NCBI GenBank assembly: GCA_944387335.1
Contig: CALXEM010000069.1
Coordinates: 9,961-73,960, forward strand
Reading direction: 5' to 3'
Length of the DNA: 64,000 nt
From: an uncultured Clostridia bacterium
Lineage (GTDB): Bacteria; Bacillota; Clostridia; Oscillospirales; Ruminococcaceae
The notes below the pieces were generated by a model. That model searched no databases. It worked only from the letters and a program-made list of their open reading frames with translations, and was not told the origin of the DNA. The first letter of the stretch is position 1. The number at the start of each line of letters is the position of its first letter. Shown here one piece after another: positions 55,328 to 64,000 of the stretch. Both the position numbers and the translations under genes were made by a program.

Positions 55328-56995
55328 GTGATTAAAGGTTCAGAGCTCAGGCAGGCGTTTATTTCAGCGTCAAACCACATAGGCAATTTAAGACAGGAAG
55401 TTGACGCTTTGAATGTATTCCCGGTGCCTGACGGCGATACCGGAACTAATATGTCCATGACTATTTCCGCTGCCGCAAAGGAGCTTGAAAATAAAGACGA
55501 TGACTGTTCGGTGGGCGATATAGCGCACACAGCGGCTTCCGCACTGCTAAGAGGAGCAAGAGGTAACTCAGGCGTTATTCTCTCACTTTTGTTCAGAGGC
55601 TTTTCAAAAGGTCTTGCAGATAAAAACGAGGCTGACGGCGAAGATATAGCGCTTGCGCTTAGACTCGGTGTAGAGGCAGCATACAAAGCTGTAATGAAAC
55701 CGACAGAGGGAACAATACTTACAGTTGCAAGAATGGCAGCTGAATCTGCACAGGATTACTGCATAGAAAATCCGAATGCTGACGCTGTTGCAGTGTTTGA
55801 AAATATACTCAAGGCAGCAGAGGAAGCTTTGGCACAAACTCCGGAGCTTTTGCCGGTGCTTAAAAAGGCAGGCGTTGTTGACGCAGGCGGAAAAGGCTTT
55901 GTTGTCATCATAGAGGGTATGCTCTCCGTACTGCGTGACGGAGTTGTTATAGCTTCAAATGATGCAAAAACAACATCGACAGAGACATTATATAACGACA
56001 GAAACGCCGCAGGTGAATATGAGGGTGAAATAACCTTCACATACTGCACAGAGTTTATTGTCCTTAAAAATGACGACGCAGACGACCCGCTCAAGCTCAG
56101 AGCATATTTGGAGTCAATAGGCGACTGCGTTGTAGTTGTAGACGACGATGAAATAATAAAAGTACACGTCCATACCGATAACCCGGGAAATGCTTTGCAG
56201 GAGGGACTTAAATTCGGTATGCTCACAAAGATGAAGATAGAAAACATGCGCGAACAGCACGCCGCTGCAAATAAGGCTGCAAAAAATGCTCAGAAAGAGA
56301 CAAATGTGTTCGAGTATGCTCCTGTTGACCCTGAAGTTGAGTACGGATTTGTAGCCGTTGCAGCAGGAGAGGGAATACAGAATCTGTTCAGAGACCTCGG
56401 CGTAAACAATATTGTAAGCGGCGGTCAGACAATGAACCCGTCCACCGAGGATATTCTCGAGGCTATCCACGCAACACCTGCAAAGACAGTATTTGTTCTT
56501 CCGAACAATAAAAATATCATAATGGCTGCCGAGCAGGCTATAAAGCTTGCCGACAGAAAGGTATGCGTACTTCCTACAAGGACAATACCTCAGGGTGTAT
56601 GCGCAATGCTCGCGTTTGACCCGGACGCTGACGTTGCAGAAAATCAGCTTAACATGACAAAGGCATTTGACCACGTCAAGACAGGTCAGCTCACATTTGC
56701 CGCAAGGGATTCCGAAATTGACGGCAAGCCGATAAAACAGGGCGAGATTATAGCACTTGAAAACGGTAAGCTGACATATTCGGGTAAAGAGCTCAATAAA
56801 GTAGCTGTAAAGACAGTTCGCTCCATGACTGATAAGGATACAACCTTTATAACTATCTATTACGGTGAGGACGTAACCGAAGAAACTGCTTTAGAGCTTG
56901 AAGAGCTTTTAAAGGCAAAACTTTCCGAAGATATTGAGATAAATGTAATAAACGGCGGACAGCCTGTTTACTATTACATTATTTCAGCTGAATAA
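55328..56995 (+). CDS. yloV: DAK2 (DhaL-like) domain fusion protein YloV
   Basis: Motifs LNVFPVPDGDTGTNMSMT and RGARGNSGVILS, plus a C-terminal DegV/fatty-acid-kinase-like domain. The GTG at 55328 (12 nt after AAGGGAG) is preferred to the GTG at 55316, which overlaps the SD. Confidence 0.9.
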   Translation: MIKGSELRQAFISASNHIGNLRQEVDALNVFPVPDGDTGTNMSMTISAAAKELENKDDDCSVGDIAHTAASALLRGARGNSGVILSLLFRGFSKGLADKNEADGEDIALALRLGVEAAYKAVMKPTEGTILTVARMAAESAQDYCIENPNADAVAVFENILKAAEEALAQTPELLPVLKKAGVVDAGGKGFVVIIEGMLSVLRDGVVIASNDAKTTSTETLYNDRNAAGEYEGEITFTYCTEFIVLKNDDADDPLKLRAYLESIGDCVVVVDDDEIIKVHVHTDNPGNALQEGLKFGMLTKMKIENMREQHAAANKAAKNAQKETNVFEYAPVDPEVEYGFVAVAAGEGIQNLFRDLGVNNIVSGGQTMNPSTEDILEAIHATPAKTVFVLPNNKNIIMAAEQAIKLADRKVCVLPTRTIPQGVCAMLAFDPDADVAENQLNMTKAFDHVKTGQLTFAARDSEIDGKPIKQGEIIALENGKLTYSGKELNKVAVKTVRSMTDKDTTFITIYYGEDVTEETALELEELLKAKLSEDIEINVINGGQPVYYYIISAE

Positions 56996-57007
56996 ATTAA
57001 GTGAAAA

Positions 57008-57040
57008 AGGTATGAGGTAAAATAAACCCATACCTTTTTA
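57008..57040 (+). terminator. Rho-independent terminator after yloV
   Basis: aggtatgagg ... cccatacct followed by ttttt. Confidence 0.65.
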
Positions 57041-57176
57041 TTTTAGAAATAAATTAAAACTACAAGTTAAATTGTTATACGCTTGCATGGTGCAGAATGT
57101 ACAGTGGATAGCTATTATCTGAGTATCAGCCTTTCACTGTAAGAGATTAAATTAAGCAGTAGTTTTAAGTTAAAGG

Positions 57177-57219
57177 TAAAAAAACGGCTTCTCATTTTAA
57201 ATGAGAAGCCGTTTTTTTA
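57177..57219. terminator. Bidirectional rho-independent terminator
   Basis: aaaaaa-acggcttctcatt-tta-aatgagaagccgt-tttttt. It serves the minus-strand lipoprotein gene ending at 57230. Confidence 0.85.
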
Positions 57220-57229
57220 AAGCGTTTTA

Positions 57230-58264
57230 TTATTTGTATTTAACCTTAGACGGTGTGAAGACCTTTAAAGCGTCCTCATTGTAGGTAACTTCTGTTTCGT
57301 TGCCCCACTGCTCGATGAGCTCCATAAACTCATCTCCCTTGAGCTTTGAGAGAATGGAAGCTTTGCTGTTTTCAAACTCTTCTGACTCAGTATCGAGTGC
57401 TACACGTTTAGCAACAACAACATAGTTGTCTATCTCAAACATATCGTAGCTGTCTGTATTGATAGCTTTAATGATATCATAGAAGCCCTCAGGGAAAGAG
57501 GTTGCATTTTCTTTATAGATTATTGCATCGTGCTCAACGCCTGTATGCTCGTGAACTGTATCGTCCTCGCCTAAATCGGATTTTTCATCCTCAAGGATAA
57601 GGTCATAGAAATCATCGCCGGCATTTGCCTTGTCGTAGATGTTCTGTATACGCTCTCTAACTGCTGCCTGATCCTCTTCGGAGAGAAGCTCACCTGAGGA
57701 ATCAGTAAGTGAAAGTGCATAGAATGTTGTCTTAACATAGTCGTTAAGGTAAGCCTGTTTGAGCTCGTCGTCGGAAACTTCCTTTTCTCCGCCCTCACCG
57801 TAGAGTGCGTCGAAGAGGAGACTTGTTTTATATACATTTGTATTTATCAGGTTAAGTGAATCCTGAGAAATGCCGTTGTCCTCATACAGAGAAGAAAGGT
57901 ACTGCCAGTAGTACTCAGTCTGCTGAGATATTGTGGAGAGGTCATCGGAATTGAGCACAAGGCTGTACTCATCGAATTTCTGCTCAACTGCAAAATACTG
58001 TGCAGTTGAAATTTTAGCCTGTTCTGTAATCCAGTCGGAGGCGTTTTTATCCTCAATGGTCTGCTCCAAAACATCTTTTTCTGTATCAGAAACAAGAGTT
58101 AAAGCATTTGAATATGCTCCGAGCAAATTCGCCATATAAACTCCCGGTGCTATTTCGAGATCTCCTGATTTAGCCACCCATGTATAGTTCTGAGAGCAGG
58201 CGGTAAATCCAACAGCCATAACTGCTGCCATTGCAGCCGAGGCAATTTTTGTTTTAATACTCAT
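57230..58264 (-). CDS. Lipoprotein, SurA-N/PrsA-like foldase chaperone candidate (rotamase motifs degenerate)
   Basis: Lipobox MAAVMAVGFTAC. Its position immediately downstream of mfd is where many Clostridia encode a PrsA/PpiC-type protein. I could not see intact parvulin motifs. Confidence 0.5.
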   Translation of the reverse strand: MSIKTKIASAAMAAVMAVGFTACSQNYTWVAKSGDLEIAPGVYMANLLGAYSNALTLVSDTEKDVLEQTIEDKNASDWITEQAKISTAQYFAVEQKFDEYSLVLNSDDLSTISQQTEYYWQYLSSLYEDNGISQDSLNLINTNVYKTSLLFDALYGEGGEKEVSDDELKQAYLNDYVKTTFYALSLTDSSGELLSEEDQAAVRERIQNIYDKANAGDDFYDLILEDEKSDLGEDDTVHEHTGVEHDAIIYKENATSFPEGFYDIIKAINTDSYDMFEIDNYVVVAKRVALDTESEEFENSKASILSKLKGDEFMELIEQWGNETEVTYNEDALKVFTPSKVKYK

Positions 58265-58366
58265 TTTGCAAATTTCCTTTCAAGTTTGGGGTTACCTAAC
58301 AATTATACACACATAATTTGAAAAAGTCTATCGAAAAAAATGTTTTTAAAGGTGATTTTACAAAAA

Positions 58367-61300
58367 TCACACGTTCATCATAGATAAAAGAGCTTCGCGC
58401 ATTGTCTGTACCGGCAGTTGGTTTGTCGGTATCTTAACTGTAATATACGGTTTTGCCGCAGCGCTCACCATAACACGTCCCTTTAAGTCTGAAGCGAGCT
58501 TGCCGGCACGCTTTAAGTCAAGAGTAGTCGGATATATAAATATAGCGTCGCCTTTCTGAGAAATTTCATATATATTAAGCTGAGCCGCAATATTTCTGAG
58601 CAGTGCAACATCTATAAGTCCGCGAACAGCAGCAGGCGGCTCTCCGAAACGGTCGATGAGCTCGTCTGTAACGTCCATGGAATCCTCCTCGCTGCGTATG
58701 GCGGCTATCTTTTTATAGACGTCAATTCGCTGAGACAGATTATCTATATAATCCTCAGGAATATGTGCGCCTATGCGTATATCGATAAGGCATTCGCGGT
58801 TTTCTTCCTGAACGGCTTCTCCCTTTTGCTCCTTTATTGCGTCGGAGAGCATTCTTAAGTACATCTCATATCCGACAGCCTCCATGTGACCGTGCTGCTG
58901 TGCGCCGAGAATATTGCCGGCACCGCGTATCTCAAGATCACGCATGGCTATTTTGAATCCAGAGCCGAACGATGTAAACTCTCTTATTGCCGAGAGCCTT
59001 TTTGAAGCTATGTCCGTCAGCTCCTTGCCGCGTGTGAATGTAAGGTAAGCAAAGGCGCGGCGGTTTGAACGTCCGACACGTCCGCGAAGCTGATACAGCT
59101 GGGAAAGTCCCATTTTGTCGGCGTCCTCTATAATGAGCGTGTTGCAGTTTGATACGTCGACGCCTGTTTCGATTATCGTCGTACATACGAGTATGTCGAT
59201 CTCATGGTCGACAAGCTGAGTCCATATCTCCGTTAACTTTTCCTCAGGCATTTTTCCGTGAGCTGTGACGACTCTGGCGTCGGGCGCCAATGACTTTATC
59301 TTTGCAGCACAGGAGTCTATCGTCTCGACTCTGTTGTGCAGGTAAAATACCTGTCCGGAACGGCGCAGCTCCTTGTGTATGGCTTCACCGATAACGCCCC
59401 AATCCTGCTCTATTACATATGTCTGGACAGGGTGGCGGTCAATCGGTGCTTCCTCGATTACGGACATATCTCTGATACCCGACATTGCCATATTGAGCGT
59501 TCTCGGAATAGGTGTTGCCGAGAGTGTGAGCACGTCTACCGAGTTTCTCATCTCTTTAAATTTTTCCTTGTGAGCTACACCGAAGCGCTGTTCCTCATCT
59601 ATTATGCAAAGTCCCAAATCTTTAAATTTAACGTCCTTTTGCACTATTCTGTGCGTTCCGACTATTATGTCTATTTCGCCGCGGGCGAGCTTTCTGAGGA
59701 TAGCTTCCTGCTGTTTAGGCGTTCTGAAGCGGGAGAGAAGCTCTACCTTTATAGGGAATCCCTCCATGCGCTGTGTAAACGTCCTGTAATGCTGCCATGC
59801 CAGAATTGTTGTCGGTACCAAAACGGCGCACTGCTTCGAGTCCATGACGCATTTGAACGCGGCGCGTATGGCAACCTCAGTTTTACCGAAGCCAACGTCT
59901 CCGCAGAGCAGTCTGTCCATCGGGCGCACGTTCTCCATGTCGCTCTTTATCTCGTCAATGCACCTTAACTGGTCGTCGGTCTCCTCATAAGGGAAGCGCT
60001 CCTCAAAATCTCTCTGCCAGTCGGTGTCCTCTGAGAAAGCAAAGCCCTTTGCGTCCATTCGCTTTGCGTACAGCTTTATGAGCTCCTCAGCCATATCTGC
60101 AACGGCCTTTTTGACGCGCTGACGTGTTTTCTGCCATTCAGCGGAATTGAGCTTATTGAGTTTTACCGCCTTGTCCTCCTTAGGTCCTATATATTTAGAG
60201 ACAAGGTCGAGCTGAGTTACAGGTACAAAGAGTGTATCAGTACCCGCATAGCGTATCTTTATGTAGTCCTTTACTATGCCGTGAATGTCGCGCTTTACTA
60301 TGCCTTCAAATATACCTATACCGTGTGAGGCGTGGACTATGTGGTCTCCCGGAGTCAAGTCGGACAGAGATTTTATCTCCTCGCCGGCTTTTGATTTTTT
60401 GCGCTTTTTAGTGCGCAGAGCCGCAGTTTTGGAGTGGCTTATGAGCGCGAACTTTATTGACGGATATTCAAATCCCGACGATACCGAGCTGTCGAGTATA
60501 AAAATCTTTTTGTAGACAAGGCTTTCTATCTCGTGAACATAGTCAGCCGGGTAGCCTTCTTTTCTCAAATCGTCTGCGAGTGCTGTGGCCGAACGCTTTG
60601 TGCCCGCCATTACGCCTATGCAGTAGCCCTGCTCAAGATATGAATCCAAATCTTCTTTGAGCATGGCGAGCTCACCGCTCCATGAGGAGAGCTGAATAGC
60701 TGTCATGTCGATGAGAGAGCGTACAGGCATATCCGAAATGGTTCGCGCAAATGTATCGGCAACAACTGTGTCGTGCTCGACAAGATATGTAAGATAATCT
60801 GTCATATCGGTGGAGAATGTATCGCACCCTTTAAAGAGTATGCCATCCTCAAATAGTATCTTTATATCCTCATTTGTCTGCCATGAGCCGTTTTTCAAAG
60901 CCTCTTTCTGCGCGGAAAGCTCGCTTGAAAAGATTATTGCTTCATCGAGATAGTCAGCGAGTGTTTCAGGTTCTGGATATATTAAATTTAAGTATTTGTC
61001 GGCACATTCTATTGAAATGCCGTTGGAAAGCTTCTTTATATCAGACGCGATGTGCTCCTTTGCCTTGACTCCCGCTTTGCCCTTTAATTCCGAGGATTTT
61101 TTCTCAAGCATTTTTATAAGAGCTTCATTTGACGGGTAGAGTATCTCTTTGGCTGGAGTTATGGTTATTTCGTCTATCGGGTCGGTTCTTCTCTGAGATT
61201 CTATGTCAAAATAGGAGATTGTGTCTATTTCGTCGCCCCAAAACTCTATTCTGACAGGCTGTTTGGAGTCAGGGGAGTATATATCGAGTATTCCGCCCCT

Positions 61301-61819
61301 TATTGAAAACTGCGACACACCCTCAACCTGGTCGGTGCGCTGATAGCCTGAAAAGACTAAAAATTCAGCCAGTTCCGTTAAATCGTACTCCTCTGATACG
61401 ACAAGTGTTCTTGTGAGTTTTCTGAGTGTTGCTTTAGGAATAGTGTACTGTAAGAGCGCTTCGAGCGAGGTTACAGTTATCTTTTCCTTACTCTCAAGGA
61501 TATTTGAGAGCACTTTTAGGCGTGCATGTTCATATTCTCTGGAAATACCCTCCGATTCTCTGAAAAAGAAGTCACGCACAGGGTAAAGCGAGGCGTACCC
61601 CTGCAAAAATGAGTTTATGTCCTCGCAGAGCCTTGTGGCGGATGGTTCGTCAGGTGTTACAACAAGTATATTTCTGCCTGTTTTGCAGTGTGCGGCGGCT
61701 ATTACATGCGCCTTGTGTATGTTGGAAAGTCCGGTAAGGTATACCGGGGTGTTTTTTGCGGATATGTCGTTGAGCATTTTTGTATATCCGCTGTGCGTGT
61801 CCAAAACATTTTGCAGCAT
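58367..61819 (-). CDS. mfd: Transcription-repair coupling factor
   Basis: 1150 aa. UvrB-homology N-terminus, RNAP-interacting CarD-like domain (GDHIVHASHGIGIFEGI), SF2 helicase motifs (LLCGDVGFGKTEVA, DEEQRFG, TLSATPIPRT, LRGRVGRS) and a TRG motif region. Confidence 0.97.
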   Translation of the reverse strand: MLQNVLDTHSGYTKMLNDISAKNTPVYLTGLSNIHKAHVIAAAHCKTGRNILVVTPDEPSATRLCEDINSFLQGYASLYPVRDFFFRESEGISREYEHARLKVLSNILESKEKITVTSLEALLQYTIPKATLRKLTRTLVVSEEYDLTELAEFLVFSGYQRTDQVEGVSQFSIRGGILDIYSPDSKQPVRIEFWGDEIDTISYFDIESQRRTDPIDEITITPAKEILYPSNEALIKMLEKKSSELKGKAGVKAKEHIASDIKKLSNGISIECADKYLNLIYPEPETLADYLDEAIIFSSELSAQKEALKNGSWQTNEDIKILFEDGILFKGCDTFSTDMTDYLTYLVEHDTVVADTFARTISDMPVRSLIDMTAIQLSSWSGELAMLKEDLDSYLEQGYCIGVMAGTKRSATALADDLRKEGYPADYVHEIESLVYKKIFILDSSVSSGFEYPSIKFALISHSKTAALRTKKRKKSKAGEEIKSLSDLTPGDHIVHASHGIGIFEGIVKRDIHGIVKDYIKIRYAGTDTLFVPVTQLDLVSKYIGPKEDKAVKLNKLNSAEWQKTRQRVKKAVADMAEELIKLYAKRMDAKGFAFSEDTDWQRDFEERFPYEETDDQLRCIDEIKSDMENVRPMDRLLCGDVGFGKTEVAIRAAFKCVMDSKQCAVLVPTTILAWQHYRTFTQRMEGFPIKVELLSRFRTPKQQEAILRKLARGEIDIIVGTHRIVQKDVKFKDLGLCIIDEEQRFGVAHKEKFKEMRNSVDVLTLSATPIPRTLNMAMSGIRDMSVIEEAPIDRHPVQTYVIEQDWGVIGEAIHKELRRSGQVFYLHNRVETIDSCAAKIKSLAPDARVVTAHGKMPEEKLTEIWTQLVDHEIDILVCTTIIETGVDVSNCNTLIIEDADKMGLSQLYQLRGRVGRSNRRAFAYLTFTRGKELTDIASKRLSAIREFTSFGSGFKIAMRDLEIRGAGNILGAQQHGHMEAVGYEMYLRMLSDAIKEQKGEAVQEENRECLIDIRIGAHIPEDYIDNLSQRIDVYKKIAAIRSEEDSMDVTDELIDRFGEPPAAVRGLIDVALLRNIAAQLNIYEISQKGDAIFIYPTTLDLKRAGKLASDLKGRVMVSAAAKPYITVKIPTNQLPVQTMREALLSMMNV

Positions 61820-61860
61820 AATCGCCGCACCTCCTCTTTATTTAAGAATATTTACGCAAT

Positions 61861-62496
61861 TTATGAGTTATGACGGTTCATTGCCTCGTCCATTTTGCCG
61901 TCGATTATAAGCTCTGCACAGTCGACAGCGGCAGTGAGTGCGTCTTTGAGCTTTAAAGCTTCGTCATCTGTAAATTTTGAGAGCACCCAGTCTGCAAGGT
62001 TATATTCAGGGTTTGGTTTTTTGCCGACTCCAAGCTTAATTCTCGGGAAAGTATCCTTTCCTGTCAGATAGATTATATTTTTAAGTCCGTTGTGACCACC
62101 GTCACTGCCTTTTCTGCGGCAGCGCAGTTTGCCGACGTCAAGGGAAATGTCGTCGGAGATTACAAGTACATTTTCTATCGGTATTTTGTAAAACTGCATT
62201 GCCTCGGTTACCGCCTGACCTGACAGGTTCATATAAGTTGACGGCTTCATCAAGAGAACTCTCTTTGAAGCTATTACAGTATCACAGCACAGAGATTTGA
62301 ATTTTAGCTTATCAGCTCTGACGGAGTATTTTTGCGCAAGCATGTCCACCGCCATAAAACCAACGTTGTGGCGGGTGTTTTCATATTCCTTTCCCGGGTT
62401 TCCGAGACCGACTATAATATATTCGACCGGTCCTGCATATTTTGACGTATTCTGCGATGAAATTTTTGCAAAAAGCGCATCTAATGAATGGGGCAT
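61861..62496 (-). CDS. pth: Peptidyl-tRNA hydrolase with ~25-aa N-terminal extension
   Basis: Motifs IIVGLGNPGKEYENTRHNVGF, DDISLDVGKLRCRRKGSDGGHNGLK and RIKLGVG. There is no alternative in-frame start before the core, and an AAGGAG SD lies upstream of the ATG at 62496. Confidence 0.92.
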   Translation of the reverse strand: MPHSLDALFAKISSQNTSKYAGPVEYIIVGLGNPGKEYENTRHNVGFMAVDMLAQKYSVRADKLKFKSLCCDTVIASKRVLLMKPSTYMNLSGQAVTEAMQFYKIPIENVLVISDDISLDVGKLRCRRKGSDGGHNGLKNIIYLTGKDTFPRIKLGVGKKPNPEYNLADWVLSKFTDDEALKLKDALTAAVDCAELIIDGKMDEAMNRHNS

Positions 62497-62824
62497 GATA
62501 AAAGAAATCTCCTTTGTTTATTGCAGTTTAAAAGGGCGGGACGACAAAAATACGCCCCACCTTAAAAAATAATCTTGATTAGCTTTAATTAGTATTATAT
62601 AATATTTAAAAGACGAATTCCATAGAAAACAGTGCATCAAATACCGTATAAAGCTAAAATTTTATGTTATGCAGTGTGCTTTTTAAACAAACTGAGCACT
62701 TTTGGTGCGAATTATACATGCTTTTTTCTTTTTTGTAAAGGCTTTGGCTAAAAATCACAATTATGTATTGATTTTATTATGAGTATTTGATTGTAAAAAA
62801 ATTTAGGTTTTTGTCCTTTGTATC

Positions 62825-62853
62825 TAGTCAATAAGAGATATTTTTGATATAAT
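62825..62853 (+). promoter_or_regulatory. Candidate extended -10 promoter for ppdK
   Basis: TAGTCA (62825-62830), 17-nt spacer, TGaTATAAT (TATAAT at 62848-62853). About 165 nt upstream of the ppdK start. Confidence 0.5.
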
Positions 62854-63020
62854 ATACTAAACTGCAATCGGGTCTTCCGCGAAAATGCCCTTTGGGAGTT
62901 GTTTTTGTGAGAAGAAATACCCGATATAAAGTCGTGCCAATCTTTTTTAGATGATATTTTCATTTAAAAAAGTGGTATATAGAAAATAGGTTATTAAAAC
63001 TTTCAGGAGGTAGAATCATA

Positions 63021-64000
63021 GTGAGTAAAAAATATGTTTACCTGTTCTCTGAAGGAAACGGCAAAATGAGAGAGCTTCTCGGCGGTAAAGGTGCTAACCT
63101 TGCTGAGATGACAAAACTCGGTCTTCCGGTTCCACAGGGATTCACAGTTTCCACAGAGGCTTGTACACAGTACTATGAGGACGGTAGAAAAATTAACGAT
63201 GAGATCCAGGCTGAGATCATGGAGAACATCGTAAAAATGGAAGAGATCACAGGCATGAAATTCGGCGATAAGGAGAACCCACTCCTCGTTTCCGTACGTT
63301 CAGGTGCTCGTGCTTCCATGCCAGGTATGATGGACACAATCCTCAACCTCGGTCTTAACGAAGAGGTTGTAGAGGTTCTTGCTAAGAAGTCCGGTAACCC
63401 ACGTTGGGCTTGGGACTGCTACAGACGTTTCATCCAGATGTATTCCGACGTTGTTATGGAAGTTGGTAAGAAATACTTCGAGGAACTCATCGACGAGATG
63501 AAAGAGAAAAAAGGCGTTACTCAGGACGTTGAGCTTACAGCTGAGGATCTCAAAGAGCTCGCTGATCAGTTCAAAGCTGAGTACAAAGCTAAGATCGGTA
63601 CAGATTTCCCAACTGATCCTAAAGAGCAGCTCATGGGCGCTGTAAAAGCTGTATTCCGTTCTTGGGATAACCCACGTGCTAACTTCTACAGAATGCAGAA
63701 CGAGATCCCATATTCTTGGGGTACTGCTGTAAACGTACAGATGATGGCATTCGGTAACATGGGTGACACATCCGGTACAGGTGTTGCATTTACTCGTGAC
63801 CCTGCTACAGGTGAGAAGAAACTCATGGGTGAGTTCCTCATCAACGCTCAGGGTGAGGACGTTGTTGCTGGTGTAAGAACACCTCAGCCAATCTCTCAGC
63901 TCAAAGAGGTTATGCCTGAAGTTTACAACCAGTTTGTAGAAATCTGCGGCATTCTTGAGAATCACTACCGTGATATGCAGGATATGGAGTTCACTATCCA
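63021..64000 (+). CDS. ppdK: Pyruvate, phosphate dikinase, N-terminal ~327 aa; continues beyond the window
   Basis: Absent from the ORF track because there is no stop codon in the window. The GTG at 63021 lies 10 nt after CAGGAGG. The translation reads VSKKYVYLFSEGNGKMRELLGGKGANLAEMTKLGLPVPQGFTVSTEAC...SVRSGARASMPGMMDTILNLGLN...RWAWDCYRRFIQMY, which is classic PPDK. Confidence 0.93.
   Translation, partial: MSKKYVYLFSEGNGKMRELLGGKGANLAEMTKLGLPVPQGFTVSTEACTQYYEDGRKINDEIQAEIMENIVKMEEITGMKFGDKENPLLVSVRSGARASMPGMMDTILNLGLNEEVVEVLAKKSGNPRWAWDCYRRFIQMYSDVVMEVGKKYFEELIDEMKEKKGVTQDVELTAEDLKELADQFKAEYKAKIGTDFPTDPKEQLMGAVKAVFRSWDNPRANFYRMQNEIPYSWGTAVNVQMMAFGNMGDTSGTGVAFTRDPATGEKKLMGEFLINAQGEDVVAGVRTPQPISQLKEVMPEVYNQFVEICGILENHYRDMQDMEFTI

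Noticed and set aside
59336-59968. 210-aa plus-strand ORF antisense to mfd
   Set aside because: A shadow ORF inside mfd, with no recognisable motifs.
62748-62963. 71-aa minus-strand ORF in the pth-ppdK spacer
   Set aside because: It has a Lys/Ser-rich low-complexity translation of AT-rich DNA, with no SD and no motif. It overlaps the predicted ppdK promoter and leader.
63300-63965. 221-aa minus-strand ORF listed in the ORF track
   Set aside because: The plus strand here encodes an unmistakable pyruvate phosphate dikinase N-terminus that runs off the window. The minus-strand ORF is its antisense shadow.
1-64000. CRISPR arrays, IS elements/transposases, integrases, prophage or known defence-system genes
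   Set aside because: Reading both strands, I saw none. The only repeats are the tRNA-Leu flank duplication, terminator hairpins and short operator-like palindromes.

Overview
This window reads as a mostly core chromosomal segment of a low-to-moderate-GC, spore-forming Firmicute. It looks Clostridia-like, possibly Oscillospiraceae/Ruminococcus-like, but that taxonomic guess rests on gene content only. Supporting content: spoVS, the Prp-L27 N-terminal processing module, a T-box leader on thrS, rny-ymdB, the asp23-yloV pair and pth-mfd.

I can support about 65 protein genes, which tile nearly the whole window. They cover:
- Translation and ribosome: rqcH (partial), rplU-prp-rpmA-obg-mrnC, thrS, pth, tsaE/tsaB, tmcAL.
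- C1 and nucleotide metabolism: folD, fhs, upp, pyrK, pyrD, rpiB.
- Envelope: lgt, murI, ddl.
- Central carbon metabolism: ackA, xylB, and a partial ppdK that runs off the 3' end and is missing from the ORF track.
- Two tRNA-Leu genes.

I found no CRISPR array, transposase, integrase, phage module or recognisable defence or toxin system, and I cannot honestly point to a clear novel multi-gene system.

The most interesting items are single-locus oddities:
- a catalytically degenerate ArgRS-like protein coupled to a DUF1934 gene;
- an AAC(6')-Ie-like GNAT inside a small accessory insert;
- a mini-RNase III gene with no canonical start codon behind a strong SD;
- a duplicated tRNA-Leu 3' flank;
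- a promoter-to-terminator non-coding unit of roughly 270-300 nt upstream of rny;
- a three-gene cluster of unknown membrane proteins headed by a Cys-rich DUF3795-like domain;
- low-complexity extensions on Lgt and on a DUF4190 protein.

All family assignments come from motif recognition by eye and need HMM or BLAST confirmation.
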